From the NCBI GenBank assembly GCA_965219955.1, contig OZ244799.1:1504001-1568000 (forward strand): 64,000 nt of DNA, given 5' to 3'. Shown piece after piece: positions 1-11,707 of the stretch. Below the pieces are notes generated by a model that was given only the letters and a program-made list of their open reading frames with translations, made no database searches and was not told the DNA's origin. Each line of letters begins with the position of its first letter. Position 1 is the stretch's first letter. The stretch is from a bacterium. GTDB lineage: Bacteria; UBA8248. The position numbers were made by a program, and so were the translations under genes.

Positions 1-2
1 CG

Positions 3-485
3 CGCGCGGGCGAACTCATCCCCGAGGGATGGGGGCTGGACAAGGAGGGAAGACCCACCACCGACCCCCACGAGGTTCTCGAAAGCTCCCTCCTCTCCCC
101 GATTGCGGGCTACAAGGGGAGCGGGCTTTCCATCGCGATCGACGCCATTCTGGGCTCCCTCTCGGGTGGAGGCCACAGCCACGAGATCGTGGGCATCAAC
201 GAGTTTCACGGGAAAAGCCGCGTCACGAGCATTTTCGTCGCCATCAACGTCGAGGCGTTACTCCCTTTGGGGGAATTTCGCTCCGCCGCCAACGCCTTCA
301 TCTCCATCATCAAGGCAACGCCGAAGGCCGCGGGCGTCGAAACGATTTTCATGCCGGGAGAGATCGAGCATCAAAGCGAGACGAAGCGCCGGCGCGACGG
401 GTTCGAGCTGTCGCCCGAGCGGCTCGCGGAACTCGACGAGATCGCCCAAAGGCTCGACCTCCCCCCGCTGGAGCGCGGGCGATGA
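3..485 (+). CDS. Ldh_2 family (malate/L-lactate dehydrogenase-like) oxidoreductase, 5'-truncated by window edge
   Basis: Frame is open from position 3: IPEGWGLDKEGRPTTDP...GYKGSGL...IFMPGEIE, the typical Ldh_2 C-terminal motifs. The stop overlaps the next ATG (ATGA). Confidence 0.85.
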   Translation, partial: RAGELIPEGWGLDKEGRPTTDPHEVLESSLLSPIAGYKGSGLSIAIDAILGSLSGGGHSHEIVGINEFHGKSRVTSIFVAINVEALLPLGEFRSAANAFISIIKATPKAAGVETIFMPGEIEHQSETKRRRDGFELSPERLAELDEIAQRLDLPPLERGR

Positions 486-1384
486 GCGACCCTGCTCCTC
501 AGGTTCTGGCCGAGGCGGCCTCTCGATTCGCCCGCGAGGCGGGAGAAATCCTGATGGGGCTTTTCGGCAAGCAGGTGGAAGTGGACTACAAGAACAAGGC
601 CGAAACCGACCCGGTGAGCGAAGCCGACCGCGCGAGCCAGGAGTTTCTGACGAAAGCGATAAACGAAAAATTTCCGGCGCACGGCGTCCTGGGTGAGGAG
701 AAGCCCGAAGACGAAGAAGAGGCCAAACGCCAGGGCGCGCTCGAGGTGCCCGAATATCTTTGGGTTCTGGACCCCCTGGACGGCACGAAAAATTTCCTGA
801 ACGGACTGCACGTCTGGGGCTGTTCCGTGGGGGTCCTGAAGCGCGGACGCTCGATTGCGGGCGCGATTTTCACGCCGGAGGACAAAGGAACCATCTACCA
901 CGCATTCGAGGGGGGCGGAGCGTTCCGCAACGATCACCGAATCGAGGTGGCGAAAGAGGAGAAACCCACGGGAAAGCGCATCGTCGCCCTGCCCGGCTCC
1001 TACTGGACGCAGTTCCGCCCTACGGGGCCGCTCAAAAAGAACCTGGGCGAGGTGCGCGCCACCGGATCGATGTGCTACGAGCAGGCCCTCGTGGCGCGCG
1101 GAGGGCTGCACTACACGCTCTTCGGCGTTCCCAGCATCTGGGACGTGGCGGCGGGCGCCATCATCGTGAAACAAGCGGGGGGCATGACGCTCGCCCGGCG
1201 CGACCGCACGAACAGGTGGAGCGAACTGGATAGCTTCTTCTCCGGGGAGAACACGCCCAAAGACCTGGACGCAGCGCGCAAATGGCGTCAATCCCTGCTC
1301 ATCGGCAACCCCGGCCTCGTGCAATACATCGCGAAACACATCAAGAAAGTGAACCGGCGCAGACCCGGGCGCAAGAATCGCTAG
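482..1384 (+). CDS. Inositol monophosphatase family protein
   Basis: Motifs DPVSEAD, LGEE, WVLDPLDGTKNF and WDVAAG. The start is taken as ATG 482 rather than 29. Confidence 0.9.
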   Translation: MSDPAPQVLAEAASRFAREAGEILMGLFGKQVEVDYKNKAETDPVSEADRASQEFLTKAINEKFPAHGVLGEEKPEDEEEAKRQGALEVPEYLWVLDPLDGTKNFLNGLHVWGCSVGVLKRGRSIAGAIFTPEDKGTIYHAFEGGGAFRNDHRIEVAKEEKPTGKRIVALPGSYWTQFRPTGPLKKNLGEVRATGSMCYEQALVARGGLHYTLFGVPSIWDVAAGAIIVKQAGGMTLARRDRTNRWSELDSFFSGENTPKDLDAARKWRQSLLIGNPGLVQYIAKHIKKVNRRRPGRKNR

Positions 1385-1463
1385 CAACCGCTCAGAACGA
1401 AGATGAGCTTATCTCTATTCTACTTTAAGATAGATTGATAACATATTGATATTCAAAGAACAT

Positions 1464-2789
1464 TTAATTCAGATCCGGCACTCGGACCGGCGCGAAGCGA
1501 TCACTCCGGGGGCCCTTGCCTCTCCCGCCCAGGCCCTCGATTTCCATGACTCGCTCCTCCTGGGGGTTCCGGTACGCGGAGCCGGATATCACTTCGAATT
1601 CATACCGGGGAGCGGGGCTGCCTCTTCTGGGTGATTTCCCGCGTATGGGAAATGAAAACGAGCGACTCTCTCCAGGCCTCAATCCTCTGAGCCAGTGCCT
1701 TGTGCGGCAGCATTTTTTTCCGTTCCGGGTGAGTTCCACCAGCAAGCCAACGTCGAAGGAAAAATCCGGATCCGCATTATGCAGCGTGCCTTGGGCGCGC
1801 AGATAGGGACTGCAGGATTTACACCGTGGCTTCCTGAACACCTCGACTTCGGCGTTTTCCACGCGCACCCACCGATGGACCTGTCGATTCCTTTCCCTGG
1901 CCATCGAGTTGATGGAGGAGAGGACCCGCTCCTTGTGGACCGAAGCCGGGTAGCGCTCAAGAAATTGCTCGAGCGCCGCAACGCGGCCCGAGCGCTCGGC
2001 TCCTTCCAGCGCCCGCGCCTCCATCCGCTGCTGCATGAGAGCGGCTTCTTTCGAACCTTTGAATCTGCGGATAAAAGCCTTCCAGTCCGCTTCAATCTCC
2101 GAGCGTATCGCCTGCCTGAACCTCGCAGCGCGCAAAGCGTCCTTCGCCTCGGGAAGATATGAACTCAGAGGATTGTCAAAGACGAACCTTTCGAGGCCGA
2201 GAACGCTTCCTGAGGCTTTCGCCGCGTCGAGCAGGAGTCTTTCGAGGCGCTGCGTCGCCGCTTCCGTCCACTCGCTCCGCGCCTTTTTGTATTTCGCAAT
2301 GAAGGCCCTGTAGGAGGAGACGTCGTCTTTTTCTCCCAGCGCTTCATATTCACTCTTTTGAAGATCGACGTCAGGAGGCTGCCGAAACCAACCTTCGGGA
2401 AAGCGCTTTAGAAATGATTCAAGGGCGCCGGGCGCCTTCGATGCAAGCGCTTCCCGGTACATGAGTTGCTCCCACCGGTAACGCGCCCGGCGGACGTACC
2501 TGCCGTCAAAATGATAGTCCAGATACTCCTTGTAAGCGCGGGCCGTATGCCTCCGGGTCGCACTTTCAAAATCGTACTCATCGAGTTCTGCGAGAAACGC
2601 TTTCGATTGGGGATGACCGGGGTTGTCGTGAACGAACCAGCGTTTTTCGTTCATCACGTCGCGCGGCGCTTTCCTGCGCACGCGCGGGCTCTCCAGGCAT
2701 CCGACGAGAGTCAGGGAGAGAATGAAGCAGAAAAGCAAGAACAACAGCCGATTCCCGGTCAGGTTCCTATGGACGCTCATCGCCTGCAC
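1464..2789 (-). CDS. Hypothetical lipoprotein with helical repeats and a C-terminal beta domain
   Basis: Hydrophobic leader ending LVGC; repeated (Y/L)..(F/Y)L..(F/Y)P-type units (LESFLKRFPEG, LEQFLERYPAS, WKAFIRRFKGS). Confidence 0.7.
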   Translation of the reverse strand: MQAMSVHRNLTGNRLLFLLFCFILSLTLVGCLESPRVRRKAPRDVMNEKRWFVHDNPGHPQSKAFLAELDEYDFESATRRHTARAYKEYLDYHFDGRYVRRARYRWEQLMYREALASKAPGALESFLKRFPEGWFRQPPDVDLQKSEYEALGEKDDVSSYRAFIAKYKKARSEWTEAATQRLERLLLDAAKASGSVLGLERFVFDNPLSSYLPEAKDALRAARFRQAIRSEIEADWKAFIRRFKGSKEAALMQQRMEARALEGAERSGRVAALEQFLERYPASVHKERVLSSINSMARERNRQVHRWVRVENAEVEVFRKPRCKSCSPYLRAQGTLHNADPDFSFDVGLLVELTRNGKKCCRTRHWLRGLRPGESRSFSFPIRGKSPRRGSPAPRYEFEVISGSAYRNPQEERVMEIEGLGGRGKGPRSDRFAPVRVPDLN

Positions 2790-2825
2790 CTCAGCGCTTC
2801 ACCATTTTTCCGGGCGTTTTTGAAC

Positions 2826-3611
2826 CTATTCGAAATGCCAGTGCCGACGCCGGTATTCTTCGGGCGTCGGCAGGCACGGGTTCTTCCTGAAGCGAACCAC
2901 CCTTTCCAGAAAAATTTCCACCTCCTCGGGTTCGAGAAGATCGTCCATCTCACGCCTCAAAGCGCTGTCGCTATCTCGCAGGCCGGCTTCCAGCCTTTTG
3001 ACGTCGTTCAACTGCGCCTCGGGGAGGGAAACGCCCGCATAGTCCCAGATGACGGTACGCAGCTTGGGTTCCGCGTGAAACGTGAGGCCGTGGTCGATTC
3101 CCCAGACGCGGCCGTCTTCGGATTTGAAGCAATGGCCTCCCTTGCGATCCGTGTTGTTCACCATGATGTCGAATGCGGCGATCAGCACCAGTTCCGGGCG
3201 TTCCTCGGCGCGGAGCGTGAAATAGTTCGATTTCCCGTCATAGGGCACGCACAGCTGCATGGAACCCTCCCCGTGCGGGCCTTCGCGAATCACCGTCGGG
3301 GGAACGAGGTGCCACCCCAGATGATGGCTCACCAGAAAAGAGCACCTTTCCCGGAAATGAAGCGTTCCGTAGGGGAAATCCCACAGCGGCCTCTCCCCGC
3401 TCGCAGGCTTGTATATCCCCCAGAACTGGAAATCCTCCGCGCCCATCTTCACGGCGAACGTGTAGTTCGAGCCTTGCGGCACCAGCTCGCCGCCCAGAAT
3501 TTCCGAGTTCAGAAGAAGATTCTCGATTTCCTCCGGTTCGAATCGATACGCCTGCGATTCGGACGCATCCACCGTTTCCTGGGCTTCAGGAGGAGAAAAT
3601 TTCCGGGCCAC
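2826..3611 (-). CDS. SCO1664-family protein (PI3/4-kinase-like fold)
   Basis: GSNYTF, IYKPASGERPLWDFPYGTL, VPPTV, FDIMVNNTDRKGGH, WGIDHGLTF, KLRTVIW. The GTG start at 3611 is inferred. Confidence 0.85.
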   Translation of the reverse strand: MARKFSPPEAQETVDASESQAYRFEPEEIENLLLNSEILGGELVPQGSNYTFAVKMGAEDFQFWGIYKPASGERPLWDFPYGTLHFRERCSFLVSHHLGWHLVPPTVIREGPHGEGSMQLCVPYDGKSNYFTLRAEERPELVLIAAFDIMVNNTDRKGGHCFKSEDGRVWGIDHGLTFHAEPKLRTVIWDYAGVSLPEAQLNDVKRLEAGLRDSDSALRREMDDLLEPEEVEIFLERVVRFRKNPCLPTPEEYRRRHWHFE

Positions 3612-3643
3612 GAGATTTCCCTGTCGAGTAGGATAGAGCCGAT

Positions 3644-4222
3644 TTAATGACGAAAATGCCCGTTCGTATTGGGGTCGACCTTGCCGGTGGCCACCATGGC
3701 GTGACGGGAGAGCGCATCCGTCCCCCGCCCGGAGGAGCATTCATCGAGGCTTTGGTTGATGAATTCTTCCAGCTTTGCATGCGCGAGACTCACTTGCAGC
3801 GCGGCGGGGCCGACGGCCTCCTCTTCGTATTCCTCTTCTTCGGAAGACTCCCCCTCCGAGGCGACCTCGTCCCGTTCATCGTAAAAAAAGACCGTGACGC
3901 GGTTTTTGCCCGGGCCATAAGCCAGCCCCAGACGGCTCACCTTGAACTCGATCAACCCCTCGGAACTCACCGGGGTGGAGCCGACCTCGGCGATGTCGGG
4001 AAAATCCGGCTCCTCGCCCGAGCGTTCCCCTTCCCCTTTCGCCTCCACCATCTTTTTCATCGCCATCGAAAGGCCGTAGACCTGTTCTTTTTCCAGCCAG
4101 AGCGTGGCGGCCGCCTTCGTCGGGCAATCGATCAGAATGCGGAAAATCCTCTTTCCCGCAACGCCGATCGCTTCCGTTTGGATTTTTTCGACCTCGCCGA
4201 AATTATGTTTGGCAGAATCCAT
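3644..4222 (-). CDS. DUF3090-family protein
   Basis: AIGVAGKRIFRI, LWLEKEQV, EFKVSRLGLAY and terminal NGH; adjacent to the SCO1664-family gene as in the known pair. Confidence 0.75.
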   Translation of the reverse strand: MDSAKHNFGEVEKIQTEAIGVAGKRIFRILIDCPTKAAATLWLEKEQVYGLSMAMKKMVEAKGEGERSGEEPDFPDIAEVGSTPVSSEGLIEFKVSRLGLAYGPGKNRVTVFFYDERDEVASEGESSEEEEYEEEAVGPAALQVSLAHAKLEEFINQSLDECSSGRGTDALSRHAMVATGKVDPNTNGHFRH

Positions 4223-4407
4223 GTGAGATATAAAACTCCGCAATGCGATATGAGACGGCTCGTGATGGGTATACCATAAACGGATGTCCCAACCTTGTCT
4301 ATTCAAACTTTCTCGCCACCGCTTCTGGTTTCATCGACGAGAAATTGTGGTTATAATCACCAACAGAGCCCGCCGTATATTTTCTTGATGGCCCGAGAAT
4401 CCACCAC

Positions 4408-4569
4408 ATGGCGAAAAGAAATCCCAGAAAACCCGCCGCCGTCAAACACGGCCTGCTGGAATATCTGCTCCTGAGCGTTCTCGTGCTAGTCGTCGTCGTG
4501 ACGGCGTGGACGCTCTATGACAACGGCATCATCGACACGTTCATCGAACTCATCATGGGTGCTCGCTAG
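4408..4569 (+). CDS. Small Flp-pilin-like single-TM protein (53 aa, not in ORF track)
   Basis: MAKRNPRKPAAVKHGLLEYLLLSVLVLVVVVTAWTLYDNGIIDTFIELIMGAR; TATAAT at 4352-4357 upstream. Confidence 0.6.
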   Translation: MAKRNPRKPAAVKHGLLEYLLLSVLVLVVVVTAWTLYDNGIIDTFIELIMGAR

Positions 4570-4734
4570 AGAACGATGCGCCCAGGAGTCGCGCCTCTTA
4601 TCCTCCGAAGTCCACACCACCCTTAATAATTCGACGCGTCAAAAGCAGACGAACGAATCTCCATACCACGGATTCGGAGCAAACAAATCCGCCGGCCAAA
4701 AACCCCGAACCGGCTACACACCTTTATCTAAAAA

Positions 4735-5583
4735 ATGGTAGCCTCCCCAAAATCGCCACACATCAGAGGTTGCTCATTGGTCCGGCTCATATCCAAAACA
4801 CTGCCAACTCCCGACGGCCCGCTCGCCTATACCGAAGCGGGAGCCGGCGATAAAGAACCCCTGCTCCTCGTGCACGGCGGCTTCGGGGCGGCGAACCACT
4901 GGGCGAAAAACCAGGCCTTCTTCGCCGAGCACTACCGCACTTTGGCGATCGATCTCCCCGCCTTCGGGGAAAGCTACCGGCCGCCCAGGCCGCACACGGC
5001 CGCATCCGTCACGCAGGGCATCGGTCGGCTGCTCGACGGGCTTGGAATCGAAGAGTGCTCCTGCGCGGCTTTTTCCTTCGGCGCGACGATGAGCGTGACG
5101 TATTGCCGGGAAAACGCCCCCAGGTTCAAGAAACTCGTTCTGCTGGGACCGGGGGGATTGGGGATCACGGGCGACGTCAAGCTCGGAGACGAGCGCCGCG
5201 CCACCAGGGAGATGAGCCCCGAGGAGAAGCACGCGGTGTTCGTTCACAACCAAAAAGCGCTGATGTTCAAGAATCCGGAGTGCGCGGATGAGGCGTACCT
5301 CTCACAGGCATGGACGAACCTCAAGAATTCGAGGATGAACATCTACGCCATGAACCGGGAACCCTACCTGCCCGATCTGCTTCCGGCGTGCGCCATGCCG
5401 ATGCTGATATTGTGGGGAGACGCAGACGTCATCGCCTATCCCACGCCGGAGGAACGGCAGCGCGCTTGCCAAAAAGCCGCCCCCCATGCAGAACTAGGGA
5501 TTATTCCGGACGCCGGGCACATGGCCCAGTGGGAGCAACCCGAGGTATTCAATGAACGCGTATTGAAATTCTTGAGATCGTAA
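4735..5583 (+). CDS. Alpha/beta-fold hydrolase
   Basis: LLVHGG, IDLPAFGES, nucleophile elbow AFSFG, LWGDAD, AGHMAQWEQP. The true start may be slightly downstream. Confidence 0.9.
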   Translation: MVASPKSPHIRGCSLVRLISKTLPTPDGPLAYTEAGAGDKEPLLLVHGGFGAANHWAKNQAFFAEHYRTLAIDLPAFGESYRPPRPHTAASVTQGIGRLLDGLGIEECSCAAFSFGATMSVTYCRENAPRFKKLVLLGPGGLGITGDVKLGDERRATREMSPEEKHAVFVHNQKALMFKNPECADEAYLSQAWTNLKNSRMNIYAMNREPYLPDLLPACAMPMLILWGDADVIAYPTPEERQRACQKAAPHAELGIIPDAGHMAQWEQPEVFNERVLKFLRS

Positions 5584-5612
5584 TGGTTCATCATCGTTAA
5601 GGAGAGTGTTTC

Positions 5613-6380
5613 ATGGGCAAAACGAACTTTGATTTTTCCGGACAGGTCGCCGTCGTCACGGGCGCGTCGCGCGGCATCGGCAAGGGGTCGGCGGAGAAGT
5701 TCGCCGAGGCGGGCGCCAAGGCCTATCTCGTCGACGTCGACGTCGAACCCGGAGAAGCCGCCGCGGCCGGCATCCGCGGGAACGGGGGGGACGCCACATT
5801 CATCGACTGCGACCTCACGGACTCGGTGGCCGTGAAACAGATGATAGAGCGCATCGCGAGCGAGGCGGGTGCCATCGACATTTTCGTGAACTGCGCGGGC
5901 GGGTTTCACCAGCAGCTTTCCATGGGCGATACGTCGGAAGACGAGTGGGACGCCGTGGTGGACAGGAACCTGAAGAGCGTGTTCCTGACCTCGAAGCATC
6001 TGACGCCCGTTTTCGAAAAACAAAAAAGCGGCTGCGTGATCAACCTGGGCTCCATGTCGGGAATCACCACGCTCCAGCCGTCTTCCCCACCCTATGCGGC
6101 GGCCAAGGCGGGCGTCCACGCCCTGACCCGCGTGCTCGCCTACGACCTGGGGCAATACAACGTGCGCGTGAACGCCATCGCGCCCGGAACGACGGCGACC
6201 GAGCGCGTCATCGCGGTGCGCTCCGAAGAACAGCGCGAGATGATCGGCAAGGGCACGCTCTTGGGCCGCATCGCCGAGGTGGACGACATGGTGGGCTGGG
6301 TGCTCATGCTGGCCTCGCCCGAATCCGCCTACCTCACGGGCCAGACCATCGTCGTGAACGCGGGCCGGTACATGTCGTAG
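5613..6380 (+). CDS. SDR family oxidoreductase
   Basis: TGASRGIG, VNCAG, YAAAK, VRVNAIAPG; RBS AAGGAG upstream. Confidence 0.93.
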   Translation: MGKTNFDFSGQVAVVTGASRGIGKGSAEKFAEAGAKAYLVDVDVEPGEAAAAGIRGNGGDATFIDCDLTDSVAVKQMIERIASEAGAIDIFVNCAGGFHQQLSMGDTSEDEWDAVVDRNLKSVFLTSKHLTPVFEKQKSGCVINLGSMSGITTLQPSSPPYAAAKAGVHALTRVLAYDLGQYNVRVNAIAPGTTATERVIAVRSEEQREMIGKGTLLGRIAEVDDMVGWVLMLASPESAYLTGQTIVVNAGRYMS

Positions 6381-6423
6381 ACGGCGTGAATCTTACGCGC
6401 TTACAGCCATTTTGAGGAATTCG

Positions 6424-7047
6424 ATGAGCGAATACCTGGAATTCGACCCCGACGAGATAGAGCGGCGCGAGATTTACCGCCTGCTCACGGGCTCCATCGT
6501 CCCCCGCCCCATCGGCTGGGCGTCATCCGTCAGCAAGGAGGGGGTCCACAACATCGCGCCATTCAGCTTCTTCACCTGCGTTTGCGTGGCGCCGCCGATG
6601 ATATCGCTCACCGTGGCGAGAAACCCCGACGGCACCAGGAAACACACCCTCATCAACGCGGAGGAAACCGGGGAATTCTGCTTCAACGTCGTCACCCACC
6701 GCCACTGGGAGCAGATGGTGGACACGGCGAACGGCATTCCTGCGGAAGAAAGCGAATTCGACGCCACGGGCCTCGAACCGATACCCGCCAGGAAGGTGAA
6801 GGCCCCCCGCATCAAGGACGCGCCCATCCACTTCGAGTGCAAGACCCACAACGTGTTCGAACTGGGGCCGAACAAGCACCCGCTCCTGATCGGAGAAGTC
6901 GTCTACTTCCACGTCAACCCCGACGTCATGACGAACGGATACATCGACATGAAGAAACTAGGTCCCATCGGCCGCCTGAACGGCTTCTGGCAGTGCACGC
7001 TCGGGGAGTTCCTGGAGAGAAGTTTTCAGGACGGCCAGCCGAGATAG
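6424..7047 (+). CDS. Flavin reductase family protein
   Basis: IVPRPIGW, NIAPFSFF, KHTLIN, FECK, IGEV, PIGRL. Confidence 0.9.
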   Translation: MSEYLEFDPDEIERREIYRLLTGSIVPRPIGWASSVSKEGVHNIAPFSFFTCVCVAPPMISLTVARNPDGTRKHTLINAEETGEFCFNVVTHRHWEQMVDTANGIPAEESEFDATGLEPIPARKVKAPRIKDAPIHFECKTHNVFELGPNKHPLLIGEVVYFHVNPDVMTNGYIDMKKLGPIGRLNGFWQCTLGEFLERSFQDGQPR

Positions 7048-7118
7048 GGCCGAGAGCGAACCAGAGAAACCAAGAATCTACTTGATATATAGCACTTAAC
7101 TATCTGTTAATTTGTGCT

Positions 7119-7325
7119 TTACTCTGCATCAAACCCTGCGTCCTGAACGGCGGCGCGCAAGGCGTCAAGGCTCGTCGTCCCCTCATCGAAAACGACCGTC
7201 GCCCTGCCTCCTTCCAGGTCGACGGCGGCCTCGGCCACGCCATCCACGCCGCTTAACGCCTCCTGGACCGCGGATTGACACATCCCGCAACTCATACCGC
7301 CTACGATTATCTCCACTTTGGCCAT
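7119..7325 (-). CDS. copZ: Heavy-metal (copper) chaperone
   Basis: HMA domain with GMSCGMC; directly downstream of copA. Confidence 0.85.
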   Translation of the reverse strand: MAKVEIIVGGMSCGMCQSAVQEALSGVDGVAEAAVDLEGGRATVVFDEGTTSLDALRAAVQDAGFDAE

Positions 7326-7361
7326 TTCATGTTTCTCCAAGAAAAAATCGAGTAGGTTGAC

Positions 7362-9794
<2,433 letters not shown>

Positions 9795-9803
9795 GTCATA
9801 CTC

Positions 9804-10952
9804 CTAGCCCAGGGCCTGAAGCTTTATGCTTATGCTCATCTCGCTACCCTCGCGCATCAGGCGCACTTCCACCACGTCGCCCACCTTGTGCGCATCGAGG
9901 GCGTCCAGCAGGTCATTGAGCGAAGTGATGGAGTGCTCCCCCACGCCGACAATCACGTCGCCGAGCACGAGGCGGCCTTCCCGGTTCCTCCCGGTGCCGC
10001 GCAACCCCGCGCCTTCCGCCGCGCTGCCTTTTTGCACGCGGATGATCAGTACGCCCCGCACGCCCAAGCGCTGCGCCGTACCCCTGTCCGCCACATGGAT
10101 GCCGAGCCCGGGCCTGATGACGCGGCCATGACGGAGCAACTGGGGCACGACCCGGTTCACCGTATCCACGGGAACCGCGAAACCGATGCCCGCGTTGGAG
10201 CCCGAGGGGCTGAAAATGGCGGTGTTGACGCCTATCAGGCGCCCGGCGCTGTCCAGCAGAGGCCCCCCGGAATTGCCCGGATTGATCGCGGCGTCGGTCT
10301 GGATGACGCCGCTGATCTTGCGGCCCGACACGGCGTTGATCTCACGCCCCAGGGCGCTGATGATCCCCGTCGTGAGCGTCTGGTCCAGCCCGAAGGGGTT
10401 GCCGATGGCGAACACCCGCTGGCCCACTTGTAAATTGGCGGACTGGCCGACGGAGATAGGCTTCAAGCGATCCCTCGGCGCGTTGATGAACAGAACCGCC
10501 AAATCCTGATCCGGCGCCCTGCCCACCACGCGCGCATCCCACTCGGAATTATCCGCCAGGGTGACGCGCAGGGCGCCCGCCCCCTGGATGACGTGAAAGT
10601 TCGTGATGACGTGGCCCTGATCGTTCCAGACGAAGCCCGAACCCGTACCCTGGGGAATCTCGAACAAGTTGAGGCTGAACCCATCGCGCCTCATTGCCAA
10701 TCTCGTGATGTATACGACCGACGGGGAGGAGAGGCGGAAAAGCTCTATGTTGGATTTTTCCTCGGCGGCGAGATCGCCTCGCGGGGTGACGACGCGGGGC
10801 ACGGCGTCCGGATCGTGGAGGTTGTCGAAATAGTCCCCCGCGAACAGCCATGCGAGAGCGACACCCAGCAAAAATACGCACCAGACGAGCCATCGCCATC
10901 CGCCGGCATACGTGGGACCTCCGCGCCTGAATTCCCGACCTCCCCCGTTCAT
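9804..10952 (-). CDS. HtrA/DegP-family trypsin-like serine protease with PDZ domain
   Basis: TNFHV, DLAVL, TDAAINPGNSGGPL; N-terminal TM; single C-terminal PDZ. Confidence 0.93.
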   Translation of the reverse strand: MNGGGREFRRGGPTYAGGWRWLVWCVFLLGVALAWLFAGDYFDNLHDPDAVPRVVTPRGDLAAEEKSNIELFRLSSPSVVYITRLAMRRDGFSLNLFEIPQGTGSGFVWNDQGHVITNFHVIQGAGALRVTLADNSEWDARVVGRAPDQDLAVLFINAPRDRLKPISVGQSANLQVGQRVFAIGNPFGLDQTLTTGIISALGREINAVSGRKISGVIQTDAAINPGNSGGPLLDSAGRLIGVNTAIFSPSGSNAGIGFAVPVDTVNRVVPQLLRHGRVIRPGLGIHVADRGTAQRLGVRGVLIIRVQKGSAAEGAGLRGTGRNREGRLVLGDVIVGVGEHSITSLNDLLDALDAHKVGDVVEVRLMREGSEMSISIKLQALG

Positions 10953-11581
10953 GTCGACTCCTCGCTCCGCGTCCAGGGCAGGCTCATGAAAGCACGCTCG
11001 CAGTCTGCGCGCAAAGATGGCTCATCCCGGGAGCACCTCGCGATGATATGCGCGCCCTGAATCTGGGAGAAATAAGAACGCGCGAATACAAGCGGGGTGA
11101 TACGCCCCGGAAGGTCTCCTTCTTTTTGGGACTGCGCCAATACGAGGGCAATTCTCTCGAAAACGCCGTCCCACACCTTTTTCAGCTTCACGCGCATCTC
11201 CTCGTCCAGGGCGCTGAGCTCGAGCGAGAGGTTCCCGATGGGGCATCCGCAGCACGGGGAATCCTGAATCGGCATGCGGGCGTAGGACTCCGCCAGACGC
11301 CGGATTTTCTCACGCCCCCTCGCCTGAATATCAAACGATGGAGAGAGGTAGTTTTGATGAAGAAGCGATTCGTAATGATCGATGACGGCGAGCCCCAGGT
11401 TCTTCTTGGAGCGGAAAAAATAATACAAACTCCCCCGGTTCACCCGGGCGGCCTGCGCGACCATGTCCAGTGAGGTGGCGTGAAAACCATTTTGATAGAC
11501 GAGCCGCGCGGCCGCATCTATGATTTTTTGTTTCGTCGCGGACGCCTTGGGGCCTTTGGGCGTCGCCGTTGCTGATTCCAT
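10949..11581 (-). CDS. TetR/AcrR family regulator (NemR/LmrA-like)
   Basis: N-terminal HTH (GFHATSL...GSLYYFFRSK); GCPIGNL in the C-terminal domain. Confidence 0.9.
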   Translation of the reverse strand: MESATATPKGPKASATKQKIIDAAARLVYQNGFHATSLDMVAQAARVNRGSLYYFFRSKKNLGLAVIDHYESLLHQNYLSPSFDIQARGREKIRRLAESYARMPIQDSPCCGCPIGNLSLELSALDEEMRVKLKKVWDGVFERIALVLAQSQKEGDLPGRITPLVFARSYFSQIQGAHIIARCSRDEPSLRADCERAFMSLPWTRSEEST

Positions 11582-11636
11582 TCCCTATTACTCCGATCCG
11601 TTGGAAACCGCCTGGTGAACAGCAGTCTACCGGAAA

Positions 11637-11670
11637 AGGATAATTTATTTTAGTTAGTCAGTCAACTAAA
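11637..11670 (-). promoter_or_regulatory. sigma70 promoter of the tetR-htrA-copA-copZ operon with an overlapping palindromic operator
   Basis: Minus strand TTGACT (11665-11660), 17 nt, TATCCT (11642-11637). Inverted repeat TTTAGTT-N8-AACTAAA (11649-11670) covers the -35. Confidence 0.7.
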
Positions 11671-11707
11671 TTTTGGGGCTGTTCGGGAAACTTGGTGCGC
11701 AAATCCG

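Noticed and set aside
29-481. N-terminal extension of the 451-aa ORF
   Set aside because: It overlaps the Ldh_2 gene in another frame; IMPase homology starts at ATG 482.
1385-1463. AT-rich spacer resembling a recombinase or dif site
   Set aside because: It does not match the dif consensus, has no clear partner repeat, and no recombinase is present.
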